Below are positions 19,194 to 28,652 of a stretch of DNA of 40,706 nucleotides, piece by piece. The first letter of the stretch is position 1; each line of letters begins with the position of its first letter. A program made the translations under genes and the position numbers. Under the pieces are notes generated by a model, which had not been told where the DNA came from, searched no databases, and saw nothing but the letters and a program-made list of their open reading frames with translations. Source of the stretch: Armatimonadota bacterium (lineage in GTDB: Bacteria; Armatimonadota; Armatimonadia; Armatimonadales; Armatimonadaceae); NCBI GenBank assembly GCA_043754515.1, contig JAYUUO010000112.1:1-40706 (forward strand), in the 5' to 3' direction.

Positions 19194-20171
19194 TTAGTTG
19201 CACTGAGAGTGCGGACCTTCCCGGTCAGTGGTCCAGAGGCAGATGTCACCGATCACGCGCTTGTAAGGGATTCCCTTGACATGGCCATCTACGAACTGGC
19301 AGTTGATGATGCCATTGTGGCGGGTCGGGCCGTCTTTCAGTGCGTCGGCAGTATTGGAGCCGTCAGTGGCACCTTCTCGGGAAGACCACTTGGAGTTGCC
19401 GATGTTCTTCCAGTAGTTCTTGTACTGTCCACCCTGAGCGTTGAAATAGGCGAGTTCCACGGAGCAGTCAACCCCGTTGGAACACTTGGTCGGATCAACG
19501 ATGAGACCAGATTCACCGTTAGTACCCTTAGACGTATTGACATCCGGTGCCCCGCCGTAGTATGTCCCTTCGCTGATGAGAATAATTCCCGCAGGTCGCT
19601 TGATGTCGGCTTCTGTTATCGTCGCAACGTTAGTGCCTCCGGCGAAGGGTTGCGCGGGGCTCATCCACGCATCATTGTGCGCGTAGGAGTTCTGGCCACC
19701 GTAGTGGCTACCCACCGCGCCCGGCGCGTTGAAGAAGCCAGGCTGACCACTTACAACAATTCCGCTACCGTCGCCAGGATAGAAAGCATCGACGTTCGAC
19801 GGGCATCGGAACATCGCGAAGTTTTTGGCATATGGCTGAAGCAGATAGACAAAGTAGAGTCGTTTCTCTGCACCAGCGGCAAGGAAGTTGAGGTCGGCTA
19901 GTGTGTACTGAGGGCAGACTTGGTTCGCTGCGCCGTTACCTGTTCCGTCATTACAGTTAAATCGGTGCGGGTAGTACGACTCATCGAAGTCCTGCACATA
20001 CTGCATGGTCGCGAGGCCGATCTGCTTCATGTTGGAGAGGCAGGACGCGGAGCGAGCCTTCTCGCGGGCCTGTGCGAACACGGGGAAAAGGATCGCGGCT
20101 AGGATGGCGATAATAGCGATAACGACGAGCAGTTCGATCAGGGTAAAGGCACGGGGGGTGCGCTTCATCAT
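19194..20171 (-). CDS. Prepilin N-methylation / DUF1559 protein with H-X9-DG motif
   Basis: [44 protein letters not shown]-terminal [16 protein letters not shown]. Confidence 0.93.
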   Translation of the reverse strand: MMKRTPRAFTLIELLVVIAIIAILAAILFPVFAQAREKARSASCLSNMKQIGLATMQYVQDFDESYYPHRFNCNDGTGNGAANQVCPQYTLADLNFLAAGAEKRLYFVYLLQPYAKNFAMFRCPSNVDAFYPGDGSGIVVSGQPGFFNAPGAVGSHYGGQNSYAHNDAWMSPAQPFAGGTNVATITEADIKRPAGIILISEGTYYGGAPDVNTSKGTNGESGLIVDPTKCSNGVDCSVELAYFNAQGGQYKNYWKNIGNSKWSSREGATDGSNTADALKDGPTRHNGIINCQFVDGHVKGIPYKRVIGDICLWTTDREGPHSQCN

Positions 20172-20268
20172 TGGTTTAATTCTCCAGGATTATAATAAAT
20201 CCCATAAAGGTAAGGTGAGAACGGGCGTGGTTTCCTCGCGCTGGCGTTCATCATCGGGTTGCAGTCGC

Positions 20269-20312
20269 AGTGTACCGTGCCATTATTAAGGCAATGTTAA
20301 GGCAATGTTAAG
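20269..20312 (-). promoter_or_regulatory. Promoter with three 11-bp-period direct repeats (Pho-box/OmpR-type site)
   Basis: Minus strand CTTAACAT-tgc-CTTAACAT-tgc-CTTAATAA over the -35 position, then TACACT -10 at 20274-20269. Confidence 0.55.
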
Positions 20313-20506
20313 TTTTACTTCGTGATATGACGAAGTTCTCACAAACAGACGAATTTGATCATAAATAGACAATGAATATCAATGTCTGTCATTTTAATAA
20401 CAATGGCACGGCGTTAGGACGTTCACGAGCTGGGAAGATTCCTCGTCTACAAATGTGAGCGATACGCGGGAAGGATGATAGTCAAGACGCGGACATCAAC
20501 CGCGCT

Positions 20507-22600
20507 CTATACGGGGGGGAGGCTCTCGACGCGCTCGTGCGCGGCGAACAGGGCGATGTCGGTAGCGATCGGCGGCGACTTTATCACGAGCGGCTTCCCG
20601 TCGGCGACCGTGACTGCGTCGGCGCGAACGGTTTTCCCCGTACCCGTGTCCCACCAGTAAACCCGGTATTCCCCGGCGTCCAGCCCCGGCACCGATACCG
20701 TAGTGGTCAGCGGGTCGCTGCCGTCTATCGGTGTCGCCGGATAGATCCATGCCACCACCGACTCGCTATCCGCCTTCGCGACCGCGCGGAGCGGCGAGCC
20801 GTACGGCGACAGCGTGATCGCCTCGATCACCGCCCAGTCCGCGCCCGTGTTTTCGAGGCGGATGGTGTGCGCCCCAACGGGGATGGGGGCGGTCAACACG
20901 GCACTCGTGGTCACGTCCGAGTCCGCCGCCGGGAATATATGTCCCGCGACGGGCTTGCCGTCCACGCTGACCACGATATGCGCCCCGCCCCGCGACACCT
21001 GACGCAGTCGCACCGCGAACGTCCCGGCCTGTTGGAAGTGCGTCGCAAACTCGGCGTAGGGGAAGTCGGCGCGGTGCGCGTTCCCTTGCAGGAACGACGG
21101 CGTGGTGCCGATGCCGGCCACCTCCCCGCCCGGCTCGACCACGAACCGGGTTTGCGACGCCTTGCCCCAGCCGCCGCCCGGCCCGAACGTCAGCATGCCC
21201 TCCTTCTTGCTGGTGTTTGTGAATGTCAGCACGGCGGGGCGCATGGCGCGGCGCGACGCCAGGCGGAACGATTTCACGAACCCGGTGGCGGGACGCCAGC
21301 GGTCTATCAGTTTGCGGCGGATGACGTTGTCCCAGGTCCAGTACTGCGCCGCGCCAGGCGCGGCGGACGCGACGCTCGACCAGAGTATCTGGTGCAGGAA
21401 GCGCCCGTCGTCGCTCGCGAGATCGTTGGTTCCCGGTCCGATCTCGCCGAGGAATATCGGCATGGGCGCCTCTTTCTTCGACGCCCGCGCCGCGTATTCG
21501 TCCCCGACGCTTCGCACCGCCGCGACCAGGTCGGACGGGTACGCGTGCGGCTGCCGGTAGTCTACCGCGTCGTACAAGCCGGTGATGGCGGGGTCGGAGC
21601 TAGTCGTGATTAGATGCCGGTGGACGTCCTGCTCGCGCAGAAACGCCGCCATGTCTTTGTGCCACGCGGCTATTTGCGCGTACTGCTTCTTGCGCCCCGC
21701 GTCGGCGAACTGGACCTCGTTAAACAGTTCCCACGCCAGAATATGCGGCGAATAGCCGTAGCGGGCGAGGATGTAGCGGTATTTCGCGCGGGTCAACTGG
21801 CGCACCTTCGGGTCGGTAAAGAACGCCTCGGGAGTCGCGAGGAAGCCGCCGTTCTTGACGTTCCACGGATTGTCAGCCCAGTTCGGGTTAACATCTGTCG
21901 CGTACTGCCCATGATGCTGTAGCACCATCTGGAACGCGATGTCGCCGCGCTCCGCCGCCTCCACGATCCCGTCCCAGCGTCGCGCGACCCCGAGATCGAG
22001 CTGCCCCAGCGCGGGCTGATCCCCGCCCAGTAGCCAGTCGAGGTTCTTGCCGTCCCAGTGACACATCCAGATCCGCGACCAGTTCTGCCCGGTGGTGGCC
22101 ATTTGTCCCAGAAATGTTTCGATGGTAACGCCCTCGGCGTTCCACGCGGCGTTGCAACCGATTGGGTAGTACGGGGCACCGTTCTCGTAAGCGAAGTGCC
22201 CCGGGTGGTCAGGGGCGCGGCGGATGAAGCCCGCTTTCGGCTCGCCGGCCACCGCGAACTCGGCGGGGGCGAGGTTGCGCGGCGTGATGGGCTGCCCGTT
22301 GCGCAGGACGCGACGCATCGTCCACTTGCCGTTTGAGGGCGGGGTGAAACGCATGCCCCAGGTGACGCCGCCGTCGAAGTACGCCGGAACAGTGAGGTGC
22401 TTCTCGCGCGGCCCCGCCATCTCGACCTGGATGTCGTTTTCGGCGAAGTCGAAGGGGTTGCCGGGTAGATCGGGGAGTTCAAAGCGCATCGCGATAGCGG
22501 AGTAGGTGCCCGGCTTGCCCCACGCGGGGGCGCAACCGGCGACCCCGGAAAGAAGGAGCGTCGCGAGTAGCGCGCGGCGCCCGTATTGTGTCTCGTTCAT
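20507..22600 (-). CDS. Exported glycoside hydrolase (DUF5060 + GH5-like TIM barrel + CBM-like domain)
   Basis: Twin-Arg/lipobox YGRRALL...VAGC; NPFD...VPAYFDG; LAWELFNEV (acid/base Glu) and PIFLGEIG (nucleophile). Confidence 0.8.
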   Translation of the reverse strand: MNETQYGRRALLATLLLSGVAGCAPAWGKPGTYSAIAMRFELPDLPGNPFDFAENDIQVEMAGPREKHLTVPAYFDGGVTWGMRFTPPSNGKWTMRRVLRNGQPITPRNLAPAEFAVAGEPKAGFIRRAPDHPGHFAYENGAPYYPIGCNAAWNAEGVTIETFLGQMATTGQNWSRIWMCHWDGKNLDWLLGGDQPALGQLDLGVARRWDGIVEAAERGDIAFQMVLQHHGQYATDVNPNWADNPWNVKNGGFLATPEAFFTDPKVRQLTRAKYRYILARYGYSPHILAWELFNEVQFADAGRKKQYAQIAAWHKDMAAFLREQDVHRHLITTSSDPAITGLYDAVDYRQPHAYPSDLVAAVRSVGDEYAARASKKEAPMPIFLGEIGPGTNDLASDDGRFLHQILWSSVASAAPGAAQYWTWDNVIRRKLIDRWRPATGFVKSFRLASRRAMRPAVLTFTNTSKKEGMLTFGPGGGWGKASQTRFVVEPGGEVAGIGTTPSFLQGNAHRADFPYAEFATHFQQAGTFAVRLRQVSRGGAHIVVSVDGKPVAGHIFPAADSDVTTSAVLTAPIPVGAHTIRLENTGADWAVIEAITLSPYGSPLRAVAKADSESVVAWIYPATPIDGSDPLTTTVSVPGLDAGEYRVYWWDTGTGKTVRADAVTVADGKPLVIKSPPIATDIALFAAHERVESLPPV

Positions 22601-22615
22601 AGATGGTTCATCGTC

Positions 22616-23290
22616 TCAAGGCTGGGTTCTCCCGATCTTGAGGTTTGGTTCATTCCCCGACGGCGTGTCGCTCGTACAAAATTGGATGTCGTCCACATAG
22701 AACGGCGGCGCGGTCTGGTTCTTCGTGTTCTGCATCCAGAACGCATACAGGTCATTACGCCCAAGCACTCCGAGATCGTCGAGCGGGATCACCACCCGCG
22801 CCCACTTCTCCGCCGGCAATGCTTGCAGATAGATCAACCCCTGCGTCTTGCCGCCCATCACGGTCTGTACACGGAGCATCTGCCCGCCGATAGCCCCGCC
22901 GTTTACGTAGAATACCAGGTATTTGTAGTGGGAAACATCCGCGACCGGGTTGTATACTTTGAGTGCCTCGTATGGGCCGGACTCCACCCGGATCGAACTG
23001 CCCTGGCTCCCGCGTACGGGCGAGGCGTTATGGTAGTCAATGACGCGGGCGAAGCCGCGCTCCATCCAGCCGTTCTCCAAACCATCCCCGTAGACCACGA
23101 GCGGAGCGGCGGTACTCGCGACCGGCGCGGCAACGGCACGGGGCGTCGTCATCAACTCGGCGGACTGAGCGGGCGGGTCTTGCTCGCCCGCGACCGGATG
23201 GAATGTCCGCCTGTAGAACGCCATAGCGACAAGGATACATAGAGCAACGGTGAGGGCGGTTACCCCCATCGGCTTGAGAATAATTCGCAC
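22616..23290 (-). CDS. Membrane-anchored carbohydrate-binding (galactose-binding-like) domain protein
   Basis: N-terminal TM; VYGDGLENGW, LVFYVNGG, WARVVIPLDDLG, FYVDDIQF. Confidence 0.65.
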   Translation of the reverse strand: MRIILKPMGVTALTVALCILVAMAFYRRTFHPVAGEQDPPAQSAELMTTPRAVAAPVASTAAPLVVYGDGLENGWMERGFARVIDYHNASPVRGSQGSSIRVESGPYEALKVYNPVADVSHYKYLVFYVNGGAIGGQMLRVQTVMGGKTQGLIYLQALPAEKWARVVIPLDDLGVLGRNDLYAFWMQNTKNQTAPPFYVDDIQFCTSDTPSGNEPNLKIGRTQP

Positions 23291-23525
23291 AATTCATCTC
23301 CACGGTAGTCAGCGCGACCGGGCCGTGGTCGCCGCATAACATCATCTCAATCCGCGCCGATCCTCCGGCGAGACCTCATGGTCTCGGGCATATTATCGTG
23401 GGCGGTGAGACTGTTATAATTATTGCCCTTTTGTGCCGGATTCGTTAGACTTCGCTGATACGGGGTTTTGTCTACGAACACGAAGTGGAGTACCCTGGTC
23501 GTTATCTCACCGCCGCAACGTTCAC

Positions 23526-23786
23526 CTACTTGGACCAGGGAGATTTAACATTTTCGGGCCTTCCCTCTGTTCTCGCCTTGTTCATGAACTCGACCATCGC
23601 TTTGGGGGGATGGGCGGGGTCCGACTTAGCGGTCATGGACTTCTTTTCCTGCGCGGAAAGTCCTCCTCCTTTAGCACCAGATTCGCACCCTGATAGGAAC
23701 AGGGTGCTGATCACTGCCAACAGGGGAATGATCAATACAATTATGTTTCTTGTACGAGTAATATTTTTCACTGTTTTTAACCTCAT
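23526..23786 (-). CDS. Small lipoprotein
   Basis: Hydrophobic signal ending LFLSGC; directly follows a DUF1559 gene. Confidence 0.65.
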   Translation of the reverse strand: MRLKTVKNITRTRNIIVLIIPLLAVISTLFLSGCESGAKGGGLSAQEKKSMTAKSDPAHPPKAMVEFMNKARTEGRPENVKSPWSK

Positions 23787-23861
23787 TGCTATATGGCACG
23801 ATATCCAGCACCAGGGCGGTACCGGATGCGACCCCGCCCTGGTGTTGCCTGCTTCCCCTAC

Positions 23862-24734
23862 TTACCGGCGTTCAGCGTTCCACATGTTATCCTGTGGGCG
23901 GTTGGTCGGATCAGGGTTCGTCGTCTTAGGGTCGAGCGATTTAACGTGTCCGTCCACGAAAACGAAGTTAGCGCGGGCGCTATGCACCGCCATTACACCA
24001 CCGTTGGGGCCCATCGGGTCGAAACGGTTTGCGGTCGGGGCGATTGTACCATCGGGGATCTCCCCGGGTGCTATGGGTGTGCCGCTCACGACATCCCACC
24101 AGTTGCGCCCGCTCAAAAAGCAACCTGGTCCCCAGAAGTAAGTGTTGCCGCCGGAAGTCTCCACGAGCGGGTATGAGTGATCCCTCTCCGTTATCATGAC
24201 GGACTCGGAGGGGCGGTTGACTTTCGCCACGGTTTGTATCCCGTAGTTGTCTACCCAGCTCTGCGCTATGCCCATGACCCCGAACAGATGATCTGTATTA
24301 CCCGGGAGGGATTGACTGGGGTCTATGCCGCCATTCGCAAACTTCCAAAGGTAGCCATTCGAGACGTACGAGAGACGAACCCCTGCCCAGGATACAGCCG
24401 CGACAGGATCCCCCCCTGAGTCGTCGGGGCAACGGAACACATCAATGCTTTTAAGGTAGGGTTGCGTGGTGAATGCCCAGCTGCACTGCCACCACGGGCT
24501 GTGGAGTCCCGCGGGGAACGTCTCGTCGTAGTCTTGCGTGTACTGGATGACGCCCAACCCTAACTGCTTCATGTTGCTCATGCATGACGCACTGCGCGCC
24601 TTCTCGCGTGCCTGCGCGAACACGGGGAACAGGATCGCAGCGAGGATGGCGATAATCGCTATTACAACGAGTAGTTCAATCAGTGTGAAACCCGAGCGCG
24701 GTGATGTCGCGTTTGTAGAACCTCTAACTGTCAT
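23862..24734 (-). CDS. Prepilin N-methylation / DUF1559 protein with H-X9-DG motif
   Basis: [58 protein letters not shown]. Confidence 0.93.
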   Translation of the reverse strand: MTVRGSTNATSPRSGFTLIELLVVIAIIAILAAILFPVFAQAREKARSASCMSNMKQLGLGVIQYTQDYDETFPAGLHSPWWQCSWAFTTQPYLKSIDVFRCPDDSGGDPVAAVSWAGVRLSYVSNGYLWKFANGGIDPSQSLPGNTDHLFGVMGIAQSWVDNYGIQTVAKVNRPSESVMITERDHSYPLVETSGGNTYFWGPGCFLSGRNWWDVVSGTPIAPGEIPDGTIAPTANRFDPMGPNGGVMAVHSARANFVFVDGHVKSLDPKTTNPDPTNRPQDNMWNAERR

Positions 24735-24836
24735 GGTAGCCTCCTATGGCGCGGCAGTTGCAATGTCTGCCAAGAGTCGGGAGTGTTTCTTGAAACGAAG
24801 AAACACCGATGATGATAAGTAGTTTTGTTTCGGTGT

Positions 24837-25922
24837 TCATGTCGACGGCGGGCAACAGGACGAACGTTGTATCAGCGAGACCGGCAGTATGTGCGAGATG
24901 GGCGGGATAGTTTCCCCTTCCATACCCCCCGCGTTCGCTCGGCGGGTGATGCGCTCCCACAAGCGGCGCACCGCGTATCGCCCCATGAACTCCTTGTTGA
25001 CGCGCACCGTGGTCAGAGGCGGAGCGGCATGCGACGCGAACTCAATGTCATCGAAGCCGATTACGCTCAGATCGCGCGGCACGCTCACCCCTATTTCGGC
25101 ACAGATTTGCAAAATCATTAGCGCGTTATGATCGTTCGCCGCGACCATTGCCGTGGGCCGGTTTGGCGCGCGTAGCACCTCGCGTAGCTCTGCCGCCATC
25201 GCGCCGTAGTTCTCGCCCTCGCCGATGATCCAGCCTTTGTCGGGCGTAATTCCCTCGGAAACCAGGGCGCACAGAAAGCCGTTCTTGCGGTAACCGAAGG
25301 TTCCCATCGGCAGACCTCCCAGGAAAAAACCGATCCGGCGGTGTCCTAATTCGATGAGATGGCGCGTCGCCGCGTGTGCGCCGCCGAAACTGTCGGAGAT
25401 AATGCTCTCCAGGGGGCAGTTATCGTAATGGTGGTCTACCAGTACGATTTCGGATATGTGCTCGGCGAACGCCGTCAGTACCGGGGGGGCCGCTACGCCG
25501 ACCAGAAGCATCCCTCCGACGGCCCGTTCGCGCACCATGCGCGGCGGCTCCCGGAGCAGGTGGTGGCGGCTCGCCGTGTTGACGAGAAGGTTTATCCCGA
25601 TCTCACACGCCTCGAACTGCGCCCCGGAAAGCACCGGCGCGTAGAACGTGTTCGCGGCCAGCGTGTCGTCCGCGAGCTCCGTCCGGGTGAAGAACTGGAA
25701 TCCTATCGCGTCGGGCAAACGGGGATTAGCTTTCGCGGCGTCGCGGGCGTGCAACTTCATACGACCGGGGCGCAAACTAGGCGGGCGGTACTCAAGCACC
25801 CGCGCCGAGTCGAAAACGCGTGAGCGCGTTTGTTCGTTGATTAGGCCGGGGTTTGCGAACGCCCGCGACACCGTGGCGGGGGAAACTCCTGCGTGTGTCG
25901 CGACTTCGCGGATGCTGGACAT
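24837..25922 (-). CDS. LacI-family transcriptional regulator
   Basis: MSSIREVATHAGVSPATVSR; LIELGHRRIG; VPRDLSVIGFDDI; PPLTTV. Confidence 0.95.
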   Translation of the reverse strand: MSSIREVATHAGVSPATVSRAFANPGLINEQTRSRVFDSARVLEYRPPSLRPGRMKLHARDAAKANPRLPDAIGFQFFTRTELADDTLAANTFYAPVLSGAQFEACEIGINLLVNTASRHHLLREPPRMVRERAVGGMLLVGVAAPPVLTAFAEHISEIVLVDHHYDNCPLESIISDSFGGAHAATRHLIELGHRRIGFFLGGLPMGTFGYRKNGFLCALVSEGITPDKGWIIGEGENYGAMAAELREVLRAPNRPTAMVAANDHNALMILQICAEIGVSVPRDLSVIGFDDIEFASHAAPPLTTVRVNKEFMGRYAVRRLWERITRRANAGGMEGETIPPISHILPVSLIQRSSCCPPST

Positions 25923-25928
25923 GAAGAC

Positions 25929-25957
25929 ACTATACATGGCTATGAAACGTCTGTCAA
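25929..25957 (-). promoter_or_regulatory. Sigma70-type promoter of the LacI gene, predicted leaderless
   Basis: TTGACA (25957-25952), 17 bp, TATAGT (25934-25929), 6 nt, then ATG at 25922. Confidence 0.75.
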
Positions 25958-25967
25958 GTATTTCATG

Positions 25968-26016
25968 AAAAAAACATCATCGCGGGGTGCCCACTACGTC
26001 GGCACCGGTTGATGAT
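25968..26016 (-). terminator. Intrinsic terminator at the trailer end of the CRISPR array
   Basis: Minus strand ATCATC..GGTGCC..GGCACC..GATGAT followed by G and T7. Confidence 0.6.
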
Positions 26017-26022
26017 CCGGCT

Positions 26023-26350
26023 GTTTCAATCCGCACCCAACTCGAAAGCCGGGTGAAACAATTGAAACGTGATCCCGCCCCCGACCGTGCTTGTTGTTTC
26101 AATCCGCACCCAACTCGAAAGCCGGGTGAAACTAATTGAAAAACTACCCGTGCGTGCCGCAAGATTTGTTTCAATCCGCACCCAACTCGAAAGCCGGGTG
26201 AAACTCGGCGCGACGGTGGCGGGGGAGGCGGGGCGTCTCGTTTCAATCCGCACCCAACTCGAAAGCCGGGTGAAACCGGCGCAGACGGTGCTGTTCAAGT
26301 TGCGGTCACTACTGTTTCAATCCGCACCCAACTCGAAAGCCGGGTGAAAC
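26023..26350 (-). CRISPR. CRISPR array: 5 identical 37-bp repeats, 4 spacers (36, 35, 35, 37 bp); no cas genes in the window
   Basis: Repeats at 26023, 26096, 26168, 26240 and 26314. Minus-strand repeat GTTTCACCCGGCTTTCGAGTTGGGTGCGGATTGAAAC has an internal hairpin and an ATTGAAAC 3' end. Confidence 0.98.
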
Positions 26351-26500
26351 TGTCAACTCACTCTCTACGAGGGTGGCTAACAAAAGTCAGCATATCATGG
26401 GTCACGGCGATGGCCATACCCGTCACTCTCGACGTGTTCCGCGAACCTCAGCCGTCACGTGTCATAGCCTGTGGTTCGCGGTACTCGCTTGATCCGAATA
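26351..26500 (-). promoter_or_regulatory. CRISPR leader with GCGAACC/GGTTCGC inverted motif
   Basis: CCGCGAACC (26439-26447) and GGTTCGCGG (26473-26481), about 90-130 bp from the first repeat, as seen in type I-C/I-D-like leaders. Confidence 0.6.
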
Positions 26501-26822
26501 TTATGAGGACGGAGGTTGCAGGTCGGCAACGGGTGCGGGCGACGCGACGTCGTCGGCACACGTCCGCGTTCGACATCTCTGCCGGATACAACGCCGTAAC
26601 GTACCGCCTCCAAGGAATGGGATGCGACGGGCTGAAGCGGCACCGGGTTCGCAGCTCATGCCAGGAGCGGGAGGGAGGGTCATGCCAGCCGCCGTGGCAG
26701 TATACGAAGGGTTTGTTTCGCTCGTTTCCGCCTGCGGGATGATCCGGGCGCGCCCTTACGCCACTCTCACGGCGGTCACCCGCGACCTGACACACCTTCT
26801 ACTGGCAGCCCGGAGTCTACCT

Positions 26823-27404
26823 TCACGCGCCCCCGGTGCCCTCCGAGTACCGGGCGATGACCTCTTCGCCGACTTCGCGCATGGTGCGGTTCGCCCGACG
26901 CGCCGTGAAGTGGATCTGCTTGAACGCCCCCGGCTCCGTCAGTTTTTCGTGTTGAATCAGCAAGCCCTTCGCCTTTTCAATCACGATGCGGTCGGCGAGA
27001 CGCGTCTGTACCTTGTCAAGCTCTGCATTGCACTCCATCAGATCGGTGTTGCGAGACACGGCGAGGGCGATCTCGGCGGTGGCATCGTCGGCTGTGAATG
27101 GCTTCGTCAACGTCGCGAATGCCGCGCTGGCCGCAATCTTGTTCATCGTCTCCTGATCGGCCTCCGCGGGTCGCAGAATGACCAGAGCGGTTGGGTGGAG
27201 GAGGTCGCGTAACTCGTCGGTGATCGGGAGCAGTTCGGCGTCCAGCAACACCGCTTCGGGCCGGTGCTCGCTGAACAAGGCGTACAGTTCGGCGTGTGTT
27301 TCGGCCTCGGCGACCACGGACTCGCCCGCGTGCGTCAATGTCATCTTTGCGTCGGCCCGCTCGTGCGGTATCGGGGACGCCAGTAAAATGCGATAGGTTT
27401 CCAT
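26823..27404 (-). CDS. Receiver-ANTAR response regulator (AmiR/NasT/PdtaR-like)
   Basis: PEAVLLD receiver loop, TLTKPF, ANTAR LADRIVIEKAKGLLIQHEKLTEPGAF. Confidence 0.9.
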   Translation of the reverse strand: METYRILLASPIPHERADAKMTLTHAGESVVAEAETHAELYALFSEHRPEAVLLDAELLPITDELRDLLHPTALVILRPAEADQETMNKIAASAAFATLTKPFTADDATAEIALAVSRNTDLMECNAELDKVQTRLADRIVIEKAKGLLIQHEKLTEPGAFKQIHFTARRANRTMREVGEEVIARYSEGTGGA

Positions 27405-27526
27405 TTTCGTGATATTCTTCTGTGCCGTTTGGTTTCGGTGCGTGAGCGTAAGATTATCAGTAATATACCCATTCGTAAGCGCGAACTAAAACAGCGGCTC
27501 GGTGTCGAGTAAGGAGAGACAACAGA

Positions 27527-28639
27527 ATGAACGAAAATATTTCGCTTCCGACCGAATCATCCGTGACGAACGCCCTGCGTACCGTGAATGACCCCGACCT
27601 GCATAAGGATCTGGTCGCGCTGGGCATGATCAAAAACATCAAGATATGCGAGGGTGCCGTCGCGTTCCAGGTCGAGTTGACTACGCCCGCGTGCCCGCTC
27701 AAGGCGAAGATCGAGGCGGATTGCCGCGCGGCTATCGCGGGCCTCGTTCCGGGCGTGACCAGCCTGAAGATCGAGATGACCTCGCGCGTCACTACGAAGC
27801 GTCCGATGGGCGGTAAGATCATCCCCGGCGTGAAGCACGTCATCGCCATCGCGTCGGGCAAGGGGGGAGTTGGTAAGTCAACCGTGTCGGCGAACCTCGC
27901 AGTCGCGCTGGCGCAGGCGGGCGCAAAGGTGGGCCTGATGGACGCCGACGTGTACGGCCCGACGATCCCGATGCTGATGGGCCTGGAGGACGAGGAACTG
28001 CAACAGATCGCGGTGAGGCTCCCAGACGGCAACATGGCGCAACGGATCGTGCCGCTGGAGCGGCACGGCGTGGCGACGGTTTCGATGGGCTACATGGTGC
28101 CGCAAGGCCAGCCGGTGGTGTGGCGCGGCCCCATGCTGTCCAAGGTGGTCAACCAGTTCCTGAGCGACGTGGACTGGGGCGAGCGCGATTACCTGCTCGT
28201 TGACCTGCCGCCGGGCACGGGGGACGTGACCATGTCGCTCGCGGAGGCGATCCCGCTTTCGGGCGCGGTGATCGTGACCACGCCGCAGGATGTCGCGTCC
28301 AGCATCGCCGTGAAATCGTTGCGCGCGTTCCAAAAACTCAACGTCCCGATCCTGGGTATCGTCGAAAACATGGCGTACTTCATCGCGCCGGACACGGGCA
28401 AGGCGTACTATATATTCGGACACGGCGGTGGGCAGACGGCGGCGGAGGAGTTGCGGGTGCCGTTCCTGGGCGAGATCCCGCTGTCTATAAACGTCCGGCA
28501 GGCGTCCGACGACGGCGAGCCGATCATGGTAAGCGATCCGGGGAGCGAGCACGCGCGCTACTTCCGCGAGACCGCCGAACAACTCGCGCGCCAGATCTCG
28601 ATCCAGGCGCGGCGTTTCCAGCCGCTCTCCGTGATGTAA
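27527..28639 (+). CDS. apbC: Mrp/NBP35 (ApbC) iron-sulfur cluster carrier ATPase
   Basis: VNDPDLHKDLV, LTTPACP, ASGKGGVGKST, DADVYGP, WRGPM, DLPPGTGD, VTTPQ. Confidence 0.93.
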   Translation: MNENISLPTESSVTNALRTVNDPDLHKDLVALGMIKNIKICEGAVAFQVELTTPACPLKAKIEADCRAAIAGLVPGVTSLKIEMTSRVTTKRPMGGKIIPGVKHVIAIASGKGGVGKSTVSANLAVALAQAGAKVGLMDADVYGPTIPMLMGLEDEELQQIAVRLPDGNMAQRIVPLERHGVATVSMGYMVPQGQPVVWRGPMLSKVVNQFLSDVDWGERDYLLVDLPPGTGDVTMSLAEAIPLSGAVIVTTPQDVASSIAVKSLRAFQKLNVPILGIVENMAYFIAPDTGKAYYIFGHGGGQTAAEELRVPFLGEIPLSINVRQASDDGEPIMVSDPGSEHARYFRETAEQLARQISIQARRFQPLSVM

Positions 28640-28652
28640 GGTAACATGCTAG

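Noticed and set aside
18727..19279. ORFs with PLPSEGEGVGG-type peptides
   Set aside because: Products of the REP-like palindrome
25861..26239. Spacer 26205-26239 self-targeting the lacI gene
   Set aside because: Only 11 contiguous matches (GTGGCGGGGGA) with poor flanks, expected by chance at this GC content
25977..26347. ORFs across the CRISPR array
   Set aside because: Translations of repeats and spacers, not genes
26531..26538. tracrRNA-like anti-repeat in the leader region
   Set aside because: Only 8 nt of complementarity (GGGTGCGG on the + strand), which does not extend, and no class 2 effector nearby
26700..26820. Riboswitch downstream of the ANTAR gene
   Set aside because: Compared by eye with ZTP, cobalamin and SRP consensus features; the conserved cores are missing
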